Source: Halanaerobiales bacterium (GTDB lineage: Bacteria > Bacillota > Halanaerobiia > Halanaerobiales > M55B127). From it: a stretch of DNA of 64,000 nucleotides. The stretch covers positions 7,176 to 71,175 of the forward strand of contig JAWOEZ010000083.1 of NCBI GenBank assembly GCA_046482435.1, given 5' to 3'. The first letter of the stretch is position 1, and each line of letters begins with the position of its first letter. Positions 26,973 to 36,487 of this stretch are shown here, one piece after another. Under the pieces are notes generated by a model that had not been told where the DNA came from, made no database searches, and saw nothing but the letters and a program-made list of their open reading frames with translations. Position numbers and translations under genes: made by a program.

Positions 26973-27733
26973 TATTCTTCCCCCTCACCATATAATTCGG
27001 TTAATTTGAATAGGAATTCCCTTGTTCTTTCAACTTCTGGGTTATTGAATAACTGTTTTGGAGGTCCCTGTTCTACTATATGCCCGTGTTCCATAAAAAT
27101 TATTTCATCTGATACTGTTCTGGCAAAGCCCATTTCATGTGTGACAACAAGCATTGTCATACCTTCCTGGGCTAAATTTTTCATAACATTTAAAACTTCA
27201 CCGATAAGTTCAGGGTCTAATGCAGAGGTGGGTTCATCAAAAAGAATTAACTTAGGCTGCATAGCCAGTGCTCTAGCAATTCCAACCCGCTGTTTTTGTC
27301 CACCAGAAAGTTCAGCTGGATATTGATCAGCATTTTCTTCTAACCCAACTCTTCGTAATTCTTCCATAGCTAATTCATTTGCGTCTTCTTTATTCATTTT
27401 TTTTACTTTTAATAAGCCAACTCTCACATTGCCTAAGGCTGTTAGATGGTTAAATAAACCAAAATCCTGAAACACAAATCCTATTTGCTGTCTCATTTTA
27501 TTAATATTATCCGGAGTAATTTCTTCACCATCTAAATAAATTCTGCCCTTATCTGGTGGGACAAGCCTATTAACATTATTTAATAAAGTACTTTTACCAG
27601 TTCCACTTGGACCAATGATTACTTTATTTTCTCCTTTATTTAGAGATAATGATACCCCTCTTAACACTTCATTTTCACCAAAACTTTTGTGTAAATCCTC
27701 AATTCTAAGAATTGTCTTTTTTTCTTCACTCAT
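26972..27733 (-). CDS. amino-acid ABC transporter ATP-binding protein
   Basis: GPSGTGKST, LSGGQKQR, ILFDEPTSALD. Confidence 0.9.
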   Translation of the reverse strand: MSEEKKTILRIEDLHKSFGENEVLRGVSLSLNKGENKVIIGPSGTGKSTLLNNVNRLVPPDKGRIYLDGEEITPDNINKMRQQIGFVFQDFGLFNHLTALGNVRVGLLKVKKMNKEDANELAMEELRRVGLEENADQYPAELSGGQKQRVGIARALAMQPKLILFDEPTSALDPELIGEVLNVMKNLAQEGMTMLVVTHEMGFARTVSDEIIFMEHGHIVEQGPPKQLFNNPEVERTREFLFKLTELYGEGEE

Positions 27734-28386
27734 CTTACCCTCTCCTCTATTCCAATCCCTGGAATTTTTAATTTCTTTTCGAATCTACCCAATGTTGTAT
27801 TAATTGTTAAGGTCATTACCAAATATATTGCTGCTACAGTTAAATAGATGGGTAAAGGTCTATAGGTAGTAGAAATGATATATCCACCTTGTCTAAGCAG
27901 TTCTATTACTCCAAGAGCATAAGCTAAAGATGTATCTTTTAGAACTATTGCAGATTCATTAGCCATTGGAGGAATAGCTATTCTTACTGATTGAGGAAGA
28001 ATAACACTTTTAAAACTTTGCAACCTGGTCATTCCTAATGATAAAGCTGCTTTCATCTGAGACCCACTTATTGACTGAATAGCACCTTTAAAAATCTGAG
28101 ATTGATAAGCAGAACTTCTTATCCCAATCCCTACTACTGCAGCTGTAAATGCTGGTAACTTAATGCCAGCACTCGGTAGACCATAATAGATTAAAAATAA
28201 GATAACGAGCAAAGGAATACTTCTAACAACTTTCTCATATACTCCTATGATCTTACGAACAGATTTAGGTCCATAGGCCTGACCAAAAGCAATCGGTATT
28301 GCCAGTACGAGTCCTAATAACAAACTAAAAAAGGTCAATCTTATAGTAACAAGAGCCCCCTCCAACAAATTAGGGAGGGAACTCAT
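27730..28386 (-). CDS. amino-acid ABC transporter permease
   Basis: HisM/HisQ-type permease of 218 aa; 4-nt overlap with the ATPase gene. Confidence 0.8.
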   Translation of the reverse strand: MSSLPNLLEGALVTIRLTFFSLLLGLVLAIPIAFGQAYGPKSVRKIIGVYEKVVRSIPLLVILFLIYYGLPSAGIKLPAFTAAVVGIGIRSSAYQSQIFKGAIQSISGSQMKAALSLGMTRLQSFKSVILPQSVRIAIPPMANESAIVLKDTSLAYALGVIELLRQGGYIISTTYRPLPIYLTVAAIYLVMTLTINTTLGRFEKKLKIPGIGIEERVR

Positions 28387-28444
28387 GATAAGTTCAAAAA
28401 TTCCGATAAGTCATACATCCTCTCTATAATATTTTAGTCAAATA

Positions 28445-29179
28445 TTATTCGAAATGCTTAGCTATAATTTCTTGCATCCTACCTGATTCTCTGATTTTTC
28501 TAAGACCTTCATTTAAAGTATTTAATAGTTCTGTATTACCATCATCAACGGCTAAGCCGTAATTTTCACCTGTTATAATATTACCCACTATCTGTACATC
28601 TCTGGTTTCAGAGTATCTTTCTGCAACAGGACTATCGAGTACTACAGCATCTACATTGCCATTTACAAGATCACTTACACAAAGTACAAAGGTATCATAT
28701 CTTTTAATCTCTCCGGTTAAAATACCTTCGTCAGCTAGATTCTCTGTAATCCATAAATCACCAGTAGTCCCAGTTTGAACACTTATATCATTATCTCCAT
28801 ATAATACACTTATGTTATTATCAGATCCTTCTTGTACAATTATACTTTGGTTAGCTGAATAATAAGATTCGGTAAAATCTACAGCTTCTTCTCTTTCTTC
28901 TGTTATTGTCATGCCGGCTGCCACTATATCGATATTACCAGTTTTAAGAGCAGGAATTAATGAATCAAAAGCAATATCTTCAAAAGTTACTTCAAAGCCC
29001 ATTTCCTCTCCGATAGCTTTCATTAGGTCAATATCAAAACCAACAATCTCCCCATCTTCTACATACTCAAAAGGTGGAAACCCAGCACTTGTACCTACAG
29101 TGTAGGACTGCGCTAGACCAACAGCACTAAAAGCAAAAATTAATGAAAAGGTTAAAACAATTATTAAGAATTTTCTCAA
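28445..29179 (-). CDS. amino-acid ABC substrate-binding protein (family 3)
   Basis: Signal peptide and polar-amino-acid SBP sequence (GFDIDLMKAIGEEMG). Confidence 0.8.
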   Translation of the reverse strand: MRKFLIIVLTFSLIFAFSAVGLAQSYTVGTSAGFPPFEYVEDGEIVGFDIDLMKAIGEEMGFEVTFEDIAFDSLIPALKTGNIDIVAAGMTITEEREEAVDFTESYYSANQSIIVQEGSDNNISVLYGDNDISVQTGTTGDLWITENLADEGILTGEIKRYDTFVLCVSDLVNGNVDAVVLDSPVAERYSETRDVQIVGNIITGENYGLAVDDGNTELLNTLNEGLRKIRESGRMQEIIAKHFE

Positions 29180-29303
29180 TTTAATCTCTCCTCCTTATTT
29201 TTCTTCTCTTTAAATATTAAATTGACTCTTATACATATGTATTCAATGTTGTATACAATGATTCCTGCTAATTAATTAAATTTTCCGACTTGTGTGAAAA
29301 TTT

Positions 29304-29891
29304 TCATTTGCCTTGAGTTTGGAAATCAAATCCCGTTGAGTCCAAATGCCCAAAAATCCTAGGAGTGAATTTTTCTTCTAACCACTCGCTTTCGAACTCT
29401 TTTTTAATAATGACCGGTATACGGTCGTGTATATTTATTAATTCCTGTGGGGCAGCTTTAGTTAATATACAAAAAGCAGTTTTCTCTACCCCCTTAATTC
29501 TAAATGTATCATAAACACCGGCTAGTGATATAATACTATCGTTTTTTAGCTTAATAAAATGCTTTACCTTAGTTCCATCTTTATCTTCCCACTCATAGAA
29601 ACCATTTGCAGGTATTATACATCTTCTTCTATGGAATGATTCTTTAAATAATTCTTTTTTATGAACAGTTTCACTTCTAGCATTTATGACTAGATTATTG
29701 GAATAAGAAGGTTTAAATCCCCAATTCATCAAGCCTATTTTTTTGTTATCCTTTTTGTTATATATTATAGGGGCCTGATTTGAAGGAAATATCTCTCCTT
29801 GATAATCCTTTAATTCCTTAGGTATAGACGAAATACCGTATCTATTTTCTAATTCATCTAGTGCAATGTTTAGAAAATATCTACCACACAT
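29304..29891 (-). CDS. SOS-response-associated peptidase (SRAP/YedK family)
   Basis: N-terminal MCGRY with catalytic Cys2, and a GFYEW motif. Confidence 0.85.
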   Translation of the reverse strand: MCGRYFLNIALDELENRYGISSIPKELKDYQGEIFPSNQAPIIYNKKDNKKIGLMNWGFKPSYSNNLVINARSETVHKKELFKESFHRRRCIIPANGFYEWEDKDGTKVKHFIKLKNDSIISLAGVYDTFRIKGVEKTAFCILTKAAPQELINIHDRIPVIIKKEFESEWLEEKFTPRIFGHLDSTGFDFQTQGK

Positions 29892-29926
29892 TCTTATCCC
29901 CCCAAATAAGCTTTTTTGATCATTTC

Positions 29927-30103
29927 ATCATCTTATAGACTATTACTACTACCACTTTTAACAATATTACCTACTTCTAAAAGGTATCCTCTTTCTGCAT
30001 AGTTTAGAGCTTTCATTGCATTTTGTTCCACCAATAAAACTGTAATCCCTTCTTTATTCAACTTTCCAATTACTTCGAAGACTCTATTTACCAGGATAGA
30101 CAT
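29927..30103 (-). pseudogene. remnant of a branched-chain amino-acid ABC ATPase (LivF-like C-terminal ~58 aa)
   Basis: The minus-strand frame reads MSILVNRVFEVIGKLNKEGITVLLVEQNAMKALNYAERGYLLEVGNIVKSGSSSNSL*. This matches only the last quarter of LivF; no Walker A or signature motif lies upstream. Confidence 0.6.
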
Positions 30104-30264
30104 TAGTCTCAAATTTTAAATACATTGTCCTGGGCCAATAACATAACATTCAAAACTAATAAAAATAGAACAAATATACTTCTCCTCATCTTAACTACTT
30201 ACTCCAATTTATAATTCAAATTTGATTATATATTTATACCACATTTCCATAATTAATTAAATGG

Positions 30265-31245
30265 TTATAGTGGAAAATGGCAAGCTGCTTCTCTTTCTCC
30301 ATATTTGTTTTCTAAAATCGGAGTTATCTCTTTACATTTTTGCTGGCTATATTTACACCGAGGATGGAATGAACACCCTGAAGGGGGATCGATTGGACTT
30401 GGAACCTCTCCCTCTAAAGTTTTCCGCTGAATTTTTTTATTTTTCTGGGAAAAAGAAGGTACTGATTCAATTAAAGCCTCTGAATAAGGGTGGCTCGGAT
30501 TATTAAATAGGGATTTAGATTTACCAATCTCTATGATTCTACCTAAATACATAACACCCACATAATCGCTAATATAACGTACTACGTTTAAATTATGAGA
30601 AATCCATAAATATGTTAAATCAAATTCTTCTCTTAATTTTTTCATAAGATTAATAATGGAGGCACTAATCGATAAATCCAATCCCGAAGTGGGTTCGTCA
30701 CAGACAATAAATTCTGGATTTAACATCAAAGCCCGGGCTACACCTATCCTTCTAGCCTGACCTCCCGAAAATTCATGAGGGAATTTTAATAAGCTCTTTT
30801 CATTTAAACCAACAAGGTTAACAATATTTTTTATCCGTTCTTTTTCATTATCTTTTTTTAGAACGTCAGGATGGATACGGAATGGCTCCGTTAATATCTC
30901 ACCAACTAGTTTCCTTGGATTAAGGGAAGAACGGAAATCTTGTGCTATAAAAGCAGCATTTTCACGATAATCGGTATACTCTTCCTCCCTCATCTCGTCA
31001 AGAGCTTTACCCTTGAAATATATTTTCCCCTCATCTAATTCAATTAAATTTAATATAAGGCGGGCTACAGTGGTCTTACCACACCCCGATTCTCCCACCA
31101 ATGCCATCGTATTACCTCTCTCAATATTAAAAGAAACCTGGTCAACGGCCTGTATTATCTGAGGACCTAATCCAAATATTTTATGTAAAATACCTGATTT
31201 TTTATAAAAATACCTTTGTAAATCTCTAACTTCTATAATATTCAT
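30265..31245 (-). CDS. peptide ABC transporter ATP-binding protein (OppF/DppF type)
   Basis: GESGCGKTT and FSGGQARR, with a C-terminal oligopeptide-ATPase extension carrying SGCSFHPRC...C. Confidence 0.85.
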   Translation of the reverse strand: MNIIEVRDLQRYFYKKSGILHKIFGLGPQIIQAVDQVSFNIERGNTMALVGESGCGKTTVARLILNLIELDEGKIYFKGKALDEMREEEYTDYRENAAFIAQDFRSSLNPRKLVGEILTEPFRIHPDVLKKDNEKERIKNIVNLVGLNEKSLLKFPHEFSGGQARRIGVARALMLNPEFIVCDEPTSGLDLSISASIINLMKKLREEFDLTYLWISHNLNVVRYISDYVGVMYLGRIIEIGKSKSLFNNPSHPYSEALIESVPSFSQKNKKIQRKTLEGEVPSPIDPPSGCSFHPRCKYSQQKCKEITPILENKYGEREAACHFPL

Positions 31246-31247
31246 TA

Positions 31248-32228
31248 TTATCTACCTACTTCCTCATGATAAAAGCAAGCTGATTTACCATTTTCATTTA
31301 TTTGAAATAAATCCGGAATTTTGTTTTTGCATTTTTCTTCTTGATAGCTGCATCGGGGGTGGAAATTACAACCAGAAGGTAATTCTGAAAGATCCGGTAT
31401 TTCACCGGGAATTACAGTTAGTTCTTTCTCTGTTTTATCGCCAGGCAGACATTCGATTAAGGCTTCTGTATAGGGGTGCTTGGGATTGTTAAATATGTTA
31501 TACCTGTTATTAATTTCTATAACCCTTCCAGCATAAAAAACGGCAACTCTATCTGCAATCTCTGAAACGACCCCCAAATCATGTGTGATATAGATAATTG
31601 AAGACTGATACTCTTTTATTAGTTCTGCTAATAAACCTAAAATTTGCGCTTCCACCGTTACATCCAGAGCAGTCGTAGGTTCATCTGCAATTAAAAGAGC
31701 AGGATTAGTAACAAATGCCATAGATAATAATACCCTTTGTTTCATTCCCCCACTGAATTGATGAGGATATTCATCCAATCTTTTTTCGGCATCCGCAATA
31801 CCCATCTCACTCATTATTTGAACTGCTTTTTCATCAATACTATTATTTTTCAAATTATCTTTAGCCCTATAACGAATAATATCTTTTAACTGTCTTCCTA
31901 CTGTGAAGACAGGGTTAAGGGAATTCTGAGGGTTTTGGGGAATATATGTTATTTCTTTACCGCGAAACTTCTTATTGAATTGAGTTTCCTTTATTTTACA
32001 AATATTTTGCCCTTTAAAATATATATCACCATTTTGAATCATAGCTTGGGGAGGTAGCAATCTCATAATAGAAAGTCCAAGAGTTGATTTACCACTTCCA
32101 CTTTCTCCTACAATTCCAAGTACTTCACCTTTTTGTACTTCCAGGTTCACACAATCAAGGGCCAAAAAATCTTTTTTTCGTTTCCTATATATTATCTTTA
32201 GCTTATTTATTTCTAAAATATTATCCAA
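31248..32228 (-). CDS. peptide ABC transporter ATP-binding protein (OppD/DppD type)
   Basis: GESGSGKST and FSGGMKQR. TTG start at 32228 lies 7 nt after AAGGAGGAGGG. The track ORF start at 32267 overlaps the permease. Confidence 0.85.
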   Translation of the reverse strand: MDNILEINKLKIIYRKRKKDFLALDCVNLEVQKGEVLGIVGESGSGKSTLGLSIMRLLPPQAMIQNGDIYFKGQNICKIKETQFNKKFRGKEITYIPQNPQNSLNPVFTVGRQLKDIIRYRAKDNLKNNSIDEKAVQIMSEMGIADAEKRLDEYPHQFSGGMKQRVLLSMAFVTNPALLIADEPTTALDVTVEAQILGLLAELIKEYQSSIIYITHDLGVVSEIADRVAVFYAGRVIEINNRYNIFNNPKHPYTEALIECLPGDKTEKELTVIPGEIPDLSELPSGCNFHPRCSYQEEKCKNKIPDLFQINENGKSACFYHEEVGR

Positions 32229-32229
32229 A

Positions 32230-33099
32230 CTAGCCCTCCTCCTTTTCTGACTTAGGGTTAAGAGCATTTCTTAAACTTTCTGCAAGTAAAGAAAAGCCCA
32301 TCATTGTTAATATAATAGCTACGGCGGGAGCAATCAAGATCATCGGTGCTTTTTCAATATATTGATAACCCTCCTGCAGCATTACACCCCAACTAGTTTT
32401 TGGAGGCTGAACACCTAAACCTAAAAATGACAATCCTGCCTCCCACATTATCATGGACGCAACATCCATACCTGCTAATACGAGCACTGAAGCAAAGATA
32501 TTTGGAATGATGTGAAAAGAAATTATTTTATAACTTGAAGCCCCCATACTTTTGGCTACAGCTACATATTCTTCTTCTTTAACTGATAACGTTTCCGCCC
32601 GAACTACTCTTCCATATCGGGGCATGATTGTTATCCCAAGAATTATAATCAAACTCTGTAAAGAAGGACCGACAATTGCAACTAAAACTAGTATTAATAT
32701 AATAGGCGGGAAGGCCCTAATTACATCAAAGATGAATATAATAATATTATCAAGGATACCGCCCGAATAGGCAGCAATGGAGCCCAGTATCATCCCTATT
32801 ATAATAGAAATAAATAATCCTCCGAAAGCAACATAAAAAGCAGGGCGGGCTGCATAAATTAACCTACTCAAGGTATCTCGACCTATACTGTCAGTACCAG
32901 CCGGGTGTTCAAGAGAAGGTGCTTCTAATCTGTTTCTAACATCTGTTTTATAGGGATCACGAGGTGAAATAAAAGGTCCAAAAATTGCCATCAAAAAGAA
33001 AAGAGAAATTATAAATCCCGCTAAATAGAATCTATAATCACCTCTCATCCTTTCAAATACCCAACTAAATTTTTGTTTTATATAAGTGTATTTATTCAT
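32230..33099 (-). CDS. peptide ABC transporter permease (OppC/DppC type)
   Basis: 289-aa BPD-type permease. Confidence 0.85.
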   Translation of the reverse strand: MNKYTYIKQKFSWVFERMRGDYRFYLAGFIISLFFLMAIFGPFISPRDPYKTDVRNRLEAPSLEHPAGTDSIGRDTLSRLIYAARPAFYVAFGGLFISIIIGMILGSIAAYSGGILDNIIIFIFDVIRAFPPIILILVLVAIVGPSLQSLIIILGITIMPRYGRVVRAETLSVKEEEYVAVAKSMGASSYKIISFHIIPNIFASVLVLAGMDVASMIMWEAGLSFLGLGVQPPKTSWGVMLQEGYQYIEKAPMILIAPAVAIILTMMGFSLLAESLRNALNPKSEKEEG

Positions 33100-33110
33100 T
33101 GTTTTATCTC

Positions 33111-34049
33111 CTACTTATTCCTTATTCTTGGATCTAAATATGCATAAGAAAGATCCGCTATTAAATTTGCTATCACAAATAAAAAGGCAGCAACTAAAAC
33201 TCCACCTCTTACCATAGGCAGATCTCTTTCAAATATTGCATCCACCGTTAATCTCCCAAGGCCTGGCCTCGTAAAAATTACTTCTACGAATAAGGCTCCT
33301 CCTAATAACCTACCTATACCTAAACCAACCACTGCGACTATAGGCTTTATCGCTTTTTTAAGTGCATATCTATAATAAATAAAGGACTTTGGTAGACCAA
33401 AAGAACGAGAAGTAGTTATATAATCTTCATTAATTGTTTCCAGCATAGAACTTCTAGTCAATCTAGCAATATATCCTGTCCAACCTACTGACAAAGCAAT
33501 AGCTGGGCCAATTAGATGATGGAGAGAACTTAAAATACCTCCTTCACCAGCCCCCATTACTGGTAAAATATTGAATTTTATTGAAAAAAACAAAAGTATT
33601 AAAACAGCAGCTACATATGTGGGGGTAGAAGCACAAATAAATGAAAAAACTCCTAATATACCATCCCAGATCGTATTTTCATAGTTTGCTGCCGTTAAAC
33701 CAATCGTGATTCCTACTATCACTGCCAAACCCATCCCAGAAAATGTAAGAAGTAGGGTATAGGGTAATACACCCATTACAGCGTGTAAGACGGGGACTTC
33801 CCTGAAAATTGAAGTCCCCAAATCACCTGATATTATCTGCCTTAAATAGAGATAAAAGCTTATATACCAAGGTTTATCCAAACCTAATTCCCGATTTAAA
33901 TCTTCAGCCATCTGAGGAGTAGCTCTCGGCCCTAGAATAATTTCAGCAGGTTCTCCCGGGAGTAGATAACTTAAACTAAAAAGCAGTAGGAGAACAGCTA
34001 TTAAAGTTGGAATTAATAATATTAACCTTTTTACAGTATAAATTAACAT
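33111..34049 (-). CDS. peptide ABC transporter permease (OppB/DppB type)
   Basis: 312-aa BPD-type permease. Confidence 0.85.
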   Translation of the reverse strand: MLIYTVKRLILLIPTLIAVLLLLFSLSYLLPGEPAEIILGPRATPQMAEDLNRELGLDKPWYISFYLYLRQIISGDLGTSIFREVPVLHAVMGVLPYTLLLTFSGMGLAVIVGITIGLTAANYENTIWDGILGVFSFICASTPTYVAAVLILLFFSIKFNILPVMGAGEGGILSSLHHLIGPAIALSVGWTGYIARLTRSSMLETINEDYITTSRSFGLPKSFIYYRYALKKAIKPIVAVVGLGIGRLLGGALFVEVIFTRPGLGRLTVDAIFERDLPMVRGGVLVAAFLFVIANLIADLSYAYLDPRIRNK

Positions 34050-34060
34050 CTTAAAACTCC

Positions 34061-35599
34061 TTAGTTATCTGCTTTTTGTACTAACCAGGGTAGAATACCT
34101 CCATCAGGTGTTAAAGTTACTTCTAAATCTTTATTCCAGGTTGGAGTTTTTACACCATGTGTAACCCAAATTGCTACATTAGATTCATTAACAATCTCTT
34201 GCATTCTATGATACAACTTGGCTCTTTCTTCTTCATCCATTGTAACTTCAGCCTCTTCCCACAGGTTATCAAATTCTTCATTTGACCAGTGCAGGAGGTT
34301 CCATTTACCAATTTGACTGCTTAAAAACCACTGGCTACAATAACCGGGGTCTACAGTATTACCGAATCTAGAATAGGTTATGTGATAATCTCCTTCTTGC
34401 CAGGTATCAATTTTAGGACCGATTTCCATTGCTTCAATTTCCAGAGTTATATTAAATTCGGCCAATTGAGCTTGAATTAAAGTTGCTATTGTTTTCCTTT
34501 CATCATTGGCGTCCGTTACATATCTTAAGGTAAGATCTTTCCCATTTGGATAACCGGCTTCTTCTAAAAGATCTAATACCTTCTCCCTACCAACTTCATC
34601 CATATTCTTATGGGCCATTTCCTTATATCCTAACATATCTGGTAATAACCAGGAATAAGCAAGATCTGCCTGGTCAGCAAATACTCCGATTAGAATTTCT
34701 TCTGGATCTATAATATATCTTAAAGCTTCTCTAAGTTCAGGATTATCCATTGGTGAATTTTGAACATTAAAAGCTATGAATTGAAAAGCTAAATCTGGGG
34801 CTGTTTCGGTTTTTAGGTCTTCATTGTTTTTTATATCATCATAGTTTTCTAGACTTACTTCTCCAAAATCTATCTCTCCTGATCTTAAAGCCATCTCTTG
34901 AGACATTTGTTCAGTCATCGGCATAAATTCTACTTCTTCCATGTAGGCTTTTTGGCCAAAATAATCATCAAATTTTGAAACTAATATATTATTACTTACC
35001 ATCCACTCTTCGAATTGATAAGGACCGCTCCCGACCGGATTACTTGCAAACTTATCTTTTCCCATTTCCTGAACTGCTTTTTTAGAAACAATCAAACCTG
35101 CATTATATGGTAAAGTGGAAGTAAATAACCTAGCCATTGGTTCGTTTAGATTTAGTTGTACAGTATAATCATCTATTACCTTCACGTCTTCTAATTTAGA
35201 AAACGAATTCTCTTCCGGAGAATTATTATCAGGGTCAATAATTCGCTCGAAACTAAACTCTACATCTTCTGCTGTTACTTCTCCATAACCTTTTTGAAAC
35301 TGAACCCCTTCTTTTAGATAAAATGTTATCTTTGTATTGTCTTCAGAAAACTCCCATTCTTTAGCCAAATCAGGGACCACATCATATGTTCCTGGTTTAT
35401 ATTTAACTAATCCAGAAAAAATACTATTCATGATTGGCCATTCTGAAATTGACCTCTGTAAAAAAGCGGGGTCTAAGGTCTGGGCTTTACCGCTTAAAGC
35501 AACATTTAACTTCTCCGCTCGTACACCTACATTACCAACCGATAAAACAAATAGAGTAACTAACAAAAATATAAATAATACAAATAGATTTCTTTTCAT
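34061..35599 (-). CDS. peptide/nickel ABC substrate-binding protein (family 5)
   Basis: 512 aa, signal peptide, SBP_bac_5-like sequence. Confidence 0.85.
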   Translation of the reverse strand: MKRNLFVLFIFLLVTLFVLSVGNVGVRAEKLNVALSGKAQTLDPAFLQRSISEWPIMNSIFSGLVKYKPGTYDVVPDLAKEWEFSEDNTKITFYLKEGVQFQKGYGEVTAEDVEFSFERIIDPDNNSPEENSFSKLEDVKVIDDYTVQLNLNEPMARLFTSTLPYNAGLIVSKKAVQEMGKDKFASNPVGSGPYQFEEWMVSNNILVSKFDDYFGQKAYMEEVEFMPMTEQMSQEMALRSGEIDFGEVSLENYDDIKNNEDLKTETAPDLAFQFIAFNVQNSPMDNPELREALRYIIDPEEILIGVFADQADLAYSWLLPDMLGYKEMAHKNMDEVGREKVLDLLEEAGYPNGKDLTLRYVTDANDERKTIATLIQAQLAEFNITLEIEAMEIGPKIDTWQEGDYHITYSRFGNTVDPGYCSQWFLSSQIGKWNLLHWSNEEFDNLWEEAEVTMDEEERAKLYHRMQEIVNESNVAIWVTHGVKTPTWNKDLEVTLTPDGGILPWLVQKADN

Positions 35600-35602
35600 T
35601 TT

Positions 35603-36472
35603 TTATCCCCCTTCAAAAAAGCCTTCACCAAAGTGGTCTTCTAATCTTTTCTTAACATCTTTTCTCTCATTTTTACCTTTAAGATAGAGACTTAACACAC
35701 CAATTAAATCTTTACTTATAGAAACAAACTCAGGAAGTAATTTTTCTATCCTATCGAGATCTTTTTGCGTTATAAGATAATAGCTATTTACTTTTGCATA
35801 TAGGTATTGATTTAAATCAATGGAAAGAAAGTTATTAAGAAAGCTTAATATATATGCTTTAATTTTAAATGGACTATATAAAATATTTTGAGCTCTAAGC
35901 ATATCTTGATATGAATTATTGATCACTTCAAAATTTATTTTTTCTTCATATAATTTAGTTATATTGAGATAATATATGTCTTTGATGAGTTCATCAAGTT
36001 CATTACCAATTTTTAGATAAGAATCAGGTTTTAATTTGTAGCACTTTTCATTATAGTAGTTATCTACTAATATACAATCAAGTTCAATTTCAAATCTTTT
36101 ATGTTCCTTGTTATTATTAGTTTTTTCATCAATTATCTCGTGAATTTTTTTATCCAATATTAAATGGGTTATAAATCCTATAAAATATGAAAGTGCTTTG
36201 GGATACTGAACTGAACCCTCCTTTTCTCTTAGTATTTCGAAAACTTCAAGAACGAATTCTGTCTGCCTTTTAGTGTGAATTAGTGCACCAATTGAAGGTC
36301 CTCTTTTTTCCTTTGTCCAGGGCCAAAAATTATTATAAAAAAAGAAATCGGGGCCTTGTGTGCCCAAGTTATAGTGGTTCCTATACTCTAAAATTACACT
36401 ACTAAGCCCCCGGTCATCTAGTTCATTTAACACCATATCTCCACCAATTATATGGGTCCAGAGATCTGGCAT
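35603..36472 (-). CDS. zinc-dependent phospholipase C-like domain protein
   Basis: N-terminal MPDLWTHIIGG and a later ITHLILD His cluster resemble the zinc-dependent PLC family. Function uncertain. It is the first gene of the peptide ABC string. Confidence 0.45.
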   Translation of the reverse strand: MPDLWTHIIGGDMVLNELDDRGLSSVILEYRNHYNLGTQGPDFFFYNNFWPWTKEKRGPSIGALIHTKRQTEFVLEVFEILREKEGSVQYPKALSYFIGFITHLILDKKIHEIIDEKTNNNKEHKRFEIELDCILVDNYYNEKCYKLKPDSYLKIGNELDELIKDIYYLNITKLYEEKINFEVINNSYQDMLRAQNILYSPFKIKAYILSFLNNFLSIDLNQYLYAKVNSYYLITQKDLDRIEKLLPEFVSISKDLIGVLSLYLKGKNERKDVKKRLEDHFGEGFFEGG

Positions 36473-36487
36473 AAAGATTCACCTCTT

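Noticed and set aside
29295-29306. Perfect palindrome TGAAAATTTTCA and flanking AATTTTC...GAAAATT repeat, reminiscent of a CodY box
   Set aside because: It overlaps the SRAP stop codon. The half-sites are 10 nt apart, not contiguous, and A/T palindromes are frequent at this base composition.
35337-35687. 116-aa plus-strand ORF
   Set aside because: Antisense to the start of the family-5 SBP gene and the end of the PLC-like gene. Shadow ORF.
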